From an uncultured Candidatus Binatia bacterium (GTDB lineage: Bacteria; Desulfobacterota; Binatia; UBA9968; JAJDTQ01), in the NCBI GenBank assembly GCA_965215605.1, contig OZ244070.1:3424001-3488000 (forward strand): 64,000 nt of DNA, in the 5' to 3' direction. The translations under genes and the position numbers were made by a program. Below are positions 59,232-64,000 of the stretch, piece after piece. Positions within the stretch are counted from its first letter, which is position 1, and each line of letters starts with the position of its first letter. The notes under the pieces are model-generated. The model was not told the DNA's origin. It did no database searches and saw nothing but the letters and a program-made list of their open reading frames with translations.

Positions 59232-59308
59232 TCCCGACGGACGTCCCCGCCGCCCCTGACGTCCCCATCACACCCTGGACGTCTCCGCCACCTCGGACCC
59301 TCTCCCCG

Positions 59309-59824
59309 TCACCCCAGCCAGGGCATCAGGCTCTTCAGGAAATTCTCGGGACCCGAAATGACGGGTTCGAGCCAGTGGATGTGCAGGATCTGGTCGAACA
59401 CGCCGACGAAGAACACGAGCATGGCGGCGGTGAGCCACAGGGTCATGTGCCAGCCTTCCTTGGCCTGGTACTTCAGATACAGAAGGGTGAACGCCGGCAC
59501 CGTGATGAAGAAGCCCAATAGCAGGATGCCGAAGAACATGCCCAGGAGCCATCCGGCAAAGGTCAGGCCCCGGGTCGCCACCTCGGCCGCGGACATGGTC
59601 CAGTCCACCTGCAGGTCGCCGGTTTCCCGCTCCTGGCCGCCGGTTGTCTTGAGGGTGCGGTAGGCGTCCATGATCAGTTGGACCAGCGCCATGACCAGGA
59701 CGGGGATGCCGACGGAGCGGGGAAACAGGCCGGTGCCCAGCGGCCAGTCCCTGGCCGTGACAACCATGCCGGCGGCGACCACGGCAACGAACAGCGTGAA
59801 CAGGAGCGACGGTGTGATGTGCAT
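59309..59824 (-). CDS. tctB: tripartite tricarboxylate transporter TctB-like small membrane subunit
   Basis: 4-5 TM segments, LFP motif, LLGFF; directly downstream of tctA. Confidence 0.8.
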   Translation of the reverse strand: MHITPSLLFTLFVAVVAAGMVVTARDWPLGTGLFPRSVGIPVLVMALVQLIMDAYRTLKTTGGQERETGDLQVDWTMSAAEVATRGLTFAGWLLGMFFGILLLGFFITVPAFTLLYLKYQAKEGWHMTLWLTAAMLVFFVGVFDQILHIHWLEPVISGPENFLKSLMPWLG

Positions 59825-59826
59825 GG

Positions 59827-61326
59827 TTATTCTCCCTCTCCCGTATCTCCCGTGAGCTGCCGGACCTTCCGTTCCTGCTTGACGCTGTAGTAGATGGTCG
59901 CGATGGTGACGGCCAGGACCACCAGGACCAGAGGCCGGATGAGGAAGGCGGCGCCGTAGGCGCGGACCGAGATGAAGAGATACCGCTCGATCAGCCCGCC
60001 CAGCAGGAAGCCCAGCAGCAGCGGCGGCCGGGGCCAGCCGCAACGCTTCATGACCCACCCCAGCAGCCCGAAGAGCAGCACCGTCACCAGGTCGAAGATG
60101 CTGGCCGTTGCCTGATAGGCGGCCAGGAACACCACCACCGTCACCAGCGGCGCCAGGATGTTGATCCGCACCGACGAGATCTTGGCGAGCTGGTTGGTGA
60201 AGCACAACGCGATGACCGTGGCCATGATGTTGGCGATGGCCGTGCTCCACACGATGGAGTAGGTGAGATCCAGGTGCTCGTTCAGCATGGAGGGGCCCGG
60301 TTGCAGGCCGTGGATCATGAAGGCGCCGATCAGGAGCGCCATGGAGGCGCTGCCGGGGATGCCGAAGGCCAGCGTGGGCACCAGCGCGCCGCCCTGCTTG
60401 GCGTTGTTGGCGCTCTCCGGCGCGATCACGCCGCGGACGTCACCGGTGCCGAAGGTGAGGGCGGCGTCCTTGCAGGTGGACTTGGCGTGTCCGTAGGCCA
60501 GCCAGTCCACCACCGCCGAGCCCAGCCCCGGAATGACCCCGACCCAGGTCCCCAGGAAGGCGCAGCGGAGCATCAGCCACCAGTTGGCGAACACGTCCCG
60601 GATGCCGTGTCCCACCCCCTTCATGGCCTGTTTGGGCACGCTGCTGATCTGCTTCCCCTCGATCACCATGTCGGCCAGCTCCGGCAGCGCGAAGATGCCG
60701 AGGCTCACCACGATGATGTTCAGGCCGTCGAACAGGTAGAGCGAATCGAAGGTCCACCGCAGCAGCCCTTCCTGCTTGTCGATGCCGATCATCGACAGCA
60801 GCAGTCCCATGCCGCCGGCGACGATGCCCTTGAGGGGCACCCGGCCGCTCAGGATGGCCACCATGGAGATGCCCATGATGCCCAGGGAAAAGAGCTCCGG
60901 GGCGGCGAACAGCAGCACCAGCGGCTTCAGCACGGGAATGAGCATTCCGAGGATGACGGCGCCGACGACACCCCCCAGCAGGGAGGAGAAGTAGGCGGCG
61001 CCGAAGGCCCGTCCGGCTTCGCCCTTCCGGGCCATGGGGTGGCCGTCCAGGATGGTGGCCTGGGAGCCCACGGTTCCCGGCACGGCGAACAGCACGGAGG
61101 GGATGGTATCGGTGGTGACCGGGACCGAGGACAGGGCGACCAGCATGGCGATGGCCGCGGTCGGGTCCATGTCGAACGTGAACGGCAGCAGCAGGGCCAG
61201 GCCGACGACGCCGCCCAGGCCCGGTATGGCGCCCAGCGCCATGCCCACCAGGACGCCGAACATCATGAAAAGAAACCGTTCCACGCTCAGCAGCGCGGTC
61301 AGTCCATCGGCCATTGCTTCAAACAC
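59827..61326 (-). CDS. tctA: tripartite tricarboxylate transporter permease TctA
   Basis: GAIPGLG, DGHPMARKGEAG, GVIAPESANNA, PTLAFGIPGS, GLQPGP. Confidence 0.95.
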   Translation of the reverse strand: MFEAMADGLTALLSVERFLFMMFGVLVGMALGAIPGLGGVVGLALLLPFTFDMDPTAAIAMLVALSSVPVTTDTIPSVLFAVPGTVGSQATILDGHPMARKGEAGRAFGAAYFSSLLGGVVGAVILGMLIPVLKPLVLLFAAPELFSLGIMGISMVAILSGRVPLKGIVAGGMGLLLSMIGIDKQEGLLRWTFDSLYLFDGLNIIVVSLGIFALPELADMVIEGKQISSVPKQAMKGVGHGIRDVFANWWLMLRCAFLGTWVGVIPGLGSAVVDWLAYGHAKSTCKDAALTFGTGDVRGVIAPESANNAKQGGALVPTLAFGIPGSASMALLIGAFMIHGLQPGPSMLNEHLDLTYSIVWSTAIANIMATVIALCFTNQLAKISSVRINILAPLVTVVVFLAAYQATASIFDLVTVLLFGLLGWVMKRCGWPRPPLLLGFLLGGLIERYLFISVRAYGAAFLIRPLVLVVLAVTIATIYYSVKQERKVRQLTGDTGEGE

Positions 61327-61417
61327 ATTGTGCTCCTGGTTCGTGGTTTGAGGTGGATTCCGAGCGTGCCATGGGAGGGAGCCGGCCGTTTCCCCGAAAG
61401 GCGAACTCAGCCGAGCT

Positions 61418-61446
61418 TCTTAACGGTTAAGCTCATCGTCTGTCAA
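61418..61446 (-). promoter_or_regulatory. putative tctAB promoter with overlapping palindromic operator
   Basis: minus-strand TTGACA at 61441-61446; CTTAAC-G-GTTAAG (61419-61431) over the expected -10. Confidence 0.45.
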
Positions 61447-61524
61447 GGCGAACGCCTGATTTCTCGTATGGTTACGCTTACGCCCGTGGCGTCATGACGG
61501 GTCCCTTCGGAGGCCCTTACGGCG

Positions 61525-64000
61525 TCACGGCTTGAACTCATAGGCCTCCGGCGCCGGCTTGTACGCGCGCAGGAGCCACAGGGGGCGGCGCAGGTTGCCG
61601 GGCCCCGGCGCTGGCCGGGTCAGCTTGAGCCAGCGCTTGTACACCTCGTGGGACTTGTTGGTGTCCACGAAGATGTCGCCGTAACGGTCGCCGGCGCCAG
61701 GCCTCTCCACCCGCACCTTCTGGTGCCAGCAATGCTGGCCGCTGATGTTGTCGGGCTGCACCGGGAAGGTCAGGTTCTGGTGCACCCCGGCCTCCTGCCA
61801 CCACACTCGCCCGGAGTCCTTGTCGTCGCTTTCGAAGGGCCGGACGCCGTGGATCTGGCGCATCATCCACTGGCCGGGCTTCACCTGTTCCAGGTTGACC
61901 AGGGCGGTGGCGAAGCGGCCGCCGCCGTCCTCCTCCTGGAGACGCCAACGCCCGAGATGGTGCGAGCACGCCACCACGCCGGGGCGGATGCCCTCGGTGG
62001 CCCACACCCGGTCCACGAAGTAGCCGATCTCGGTATGGACCTTGACGAGATCGCCGGTGTCCACCTCCAGCCGCCGGGCGTCCTGGGGATGCAGCCACAC
62101 CGGATTCTTGTGGGAGATCTCGTAGAGCCACTTGGCGTTGCCCGAGCGGCTGTGGATCAGGGTCGGCAGCCGGAAGGTGGGGAGCAGCAGCATCTCGCCC
62201 TTGGCGGCGTCGATGTTGGAAGGATGCACGTGGCTCTTGATGTATCCCGGGAACCGATGCTCGGGGTATTTCCAGTCCTTCAGGGTCTCGGAATAGAACT
62301 CGAGCTTGCGCGACGGCGTCGGAAAACCCGCGTGGCCCTTGCCGTCCACCTCCACCCCGATCGCCGCGCCTCCCTTGGAGACCACCTTGGTGACCGGGTC
62401 CACCGTGGCTTCGGCCATGTCCGCTTCCTTGATCTCGTTGGCATGGCTGCTGTAGATGTCTTCGGCCACCAGGAAGGCGCCGTACTTCTGCATGTACCGC
62501 AGCGGCGAGATGTCTTCGCTGGCCGCGGCCTCGGGCAGCCCCGGCACGCTGTTCTCGAACATCCACTGGTAGTACTCGTGCACCGTGAGCTTCTCGCCCG
62601 GCCGGTAGGGCGACTCGAAGTATTTCCGGATGCCCAGGGAACCGTCGGGATCGATGCGCCAGGACAACTCGATCCAGAACTCGTCCTCTTCCCACACTTC
62701 GCCCAGCCCGGCTTCCGCGTGCGCCTCCCAAGTGGTGGCGAAGGTCTTGCCCTGCCGTTCCATGGCAACCCGGAGCACCGGCTGGCGGAACCCGATCCAG
62801 CGGGCGGAGTGGGTCTCCTGGCTCATGAGATCGTGGCGTTCCGACGCCAGGCCCATGGGCAGCACGTAGTCTGCGAACCAGGCGGTCTCGCTCCAGGTGG
62901 GCGTGAGGCAGGCGTGGCGCTCCACCTTGGCCTCGTCGCTCAGCATCTCGATCCAGCTCATGCCGTCGGGGTTGGTCCACACCGGGTTGTAGACCCGGGT
63001 AAAGTACATGGCCAGCTTGCCCCGGCCCTCCTTTATGAGGTGCGGCAAGAGAAAGCTCATCTCGAAGAAGGCCAGCGGGTACTCCGGCGGGTACATCAGC
63101 GTGTTCCACACCTTGGCCGGGGGCGGCATCATGGGCGGCGCCGGGATGAACTTGTTCCAGGCGTTGGGGGTGGTGCCGCCGGGAGCGCCCACGGCTCCCA
63201 TCAGGACCACCAGGAATTCCAGCGCCCGGGCCACCTCCCAGCCCCCCAGGTTGCCGGCGGCGGCGTTGCGCCACACGTGGGTGGACAGCGCCGAGCCGGC
63301 CCGCGCCACCTCGTGGGCCACCTCCACGATCATGGCCGCGTCCGCCCCGGACTCGGCGGCCGCGAACTCCGGCGTGTACTGCGCGTAAAGGGTCTTGAGA
63401 ATTTCCTCGAAGCGCTCGAAGGTCTGCGGCTCGTCCGGATGCTCCTGGCGCAGGAACTGCTCCCAGTTGACCCACTTCCTTACGAACTCGCGGTCGTAGA
63501 GTTTCTCCTGGAGCAGCACGTTGCAGATGGACAGGAGCACCGCGGCCTCGGTGCCGGGCCAGGTGGGCATCCAGTAGTCGGCCTTGGACGCGGTGTTGGA
63601 CAGCCGGGTGTCGATGACGCAGACCTTGGCGCCCCGCTCCTTGGCCTCGATGATGCGCTGGGCGTGGGGGTTGAAGTAGTGCCCGGTCTCCAGGTGCGAG
63701 CTGAGCAGCAGCATGAAGCGCGAGTTGGCGTGGTCGGGGGAGGGGCGGTCGATGCCGCACCAGAACGCGTAGCCGGTCCGGGCTCCCGCGGAGCAGACGT
63801 TGGTGTGGCTGTTGTGGGCGTCGATGCCCCAGGCGTGCATGATGCGCTGGTGGTAGAGGAGCTCGTGCCCCGGACGCCCGACGTGGTACATGATCTCGTT
63901 GCGGCGGTCTTCCTCGATGGCCTTCCGGATCCTCCCGGCCATGTCGTCCAGCACCTCGTCCCAGGTCACCCGTTCCCATTGGCCGCCGCCGCGCGCCCCC
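61525..64000 (-). CDS. molybdopterin-dependent oxidoreductase, DMSO reductase family (5' end beyond the window)
   Basis: WERVTWDE, HNSHTNVCS, IDTRLSNTASKAD, SETAWFADYVLP, TPSRKLEFYS, C-terminal LHPQDA domain. Confidence 0.92.
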   Translation of the reverse strand, partial: GARGGGQWERVTWDEVLDDMAGRIRKAIEEDRRNEIMYHVGRPGHELLYHQRIMHAWGIDAHNSHTNVCSAGARTGYAFWCGIDRPSPDHANSRFMLLLSSHLETGHYFNPHAQRIIEAKERGAKVCVIDTRLSNTASKADYWMPTWPGTEAAVLLSICNVLLQEKLYDREFVRKWVNWEQFLRQEHPDEPQTFERFEEILKTLYAQYTPEFAAAESGADAAMIVEVAHEVARAGSALSTHVWRNAAAGNLGGWEVARALEFLVVLMGAVGAPGGTTPNAWNKFIPAPPMMPPPAKVWNTLMYPPEYPLAFFEMSFLLPHLIKEGRGKLAMYFTRVYNPVWTNPDGMSWIEMLSDEAKVERHACLTPTWSETAWFADYVLPMGLASERHDLMSQETHSARWIGFRQPVLRVAMERQGKTFATTWEAHAEAGLGEVWEEDEFWIELSWRIDPDGSLGIRKYFESPYRPGEKLTVHEYYQWMFENSVPGLPEAAASEDISPLRYMQKYGAFLVAEDIYSSHANEIKEADMAEATVDPVTKVVSKGGAAIGVEVDGKGHAGFPTPSRKLEFYSETLKDWKYPEHRFPGYIKSHVHPSNIDAAKGEMLLLPTFRLPTLIHSRSGNAKWLYEISHKNPVWLHPQDARRLEVDTGDLVKVHTEIGYFVDRVWATEGIRPGVVACSHHLGRWRLQEEDGGGRFATALVNLEQVKPGQWMMRQIHGVRPFESDDKDSGRVWWQEAGVHQNLTFPVQPDNISGQHCWHQKVRVERPGAGDRYGDIFVDTNKSHEVYKRWLKLTRPAPGPGNLRRPLWLLRAYKPAPEAYEFKP

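Noticed and set aside
61525-64000. Molybdoenzyme as a second selenoprotein or a specific formate dehydrogenase
   Set aside because: No in-frame UGA in the visible part, the likely metal ligand is Cys (HTNVCS), and the substrate cannot be assigned from the truncated sequence.

Overview
GC-rich bacterial chromosomal window. Gene content (Bug/TctC expansion, many VOC, amidohydrolase and ThDP enzymes, TonB receptor, MlaA) suggests a diderm related to Deltaproteobacteria/Binatota; this taxonomy is inference only. A housekeeping core at about 14-35 kb (coaBC, udg, nfeD-slipin, queA-tgt-yajC-secDF-recJ, rplU-rpmA-obgE-proBA-nadD-rsfS, gltX, ppk2, four tRNAs; a fifth, tRNA-Leu, lies at 8.8 kb) is flanked by accessory catabolic regions. 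The main hidden feature is a selenoprotein split by the ORF track. It is a divergent glycine/betaine-reductase B-type subunit (5607-6935, minus) with an in-frame UGA in an STUGTC motif and a SECIS-like hairpin. It is translationally coupled to a GrdE/GrdI-like partner lacking the cleavage cysteine, and no grdA, grdCD or thioredoxin genes are in the window. Other notable items: a 159-bp MITE between the Shine-Dalgarno and start codon of rsfS that supplies a replacement SD; a metzincin lipoprotein that appears to have lost its stop codon; both meta- (ligAB) and ortho- (pcaHG) protocatechuate dioxygenases without lower-pathway genes; three tandem TctC paralogs facing tctAB; several gene remnants; and two REP-like families. 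No CRISPR array, rRNA, integrase or transposase was seen.
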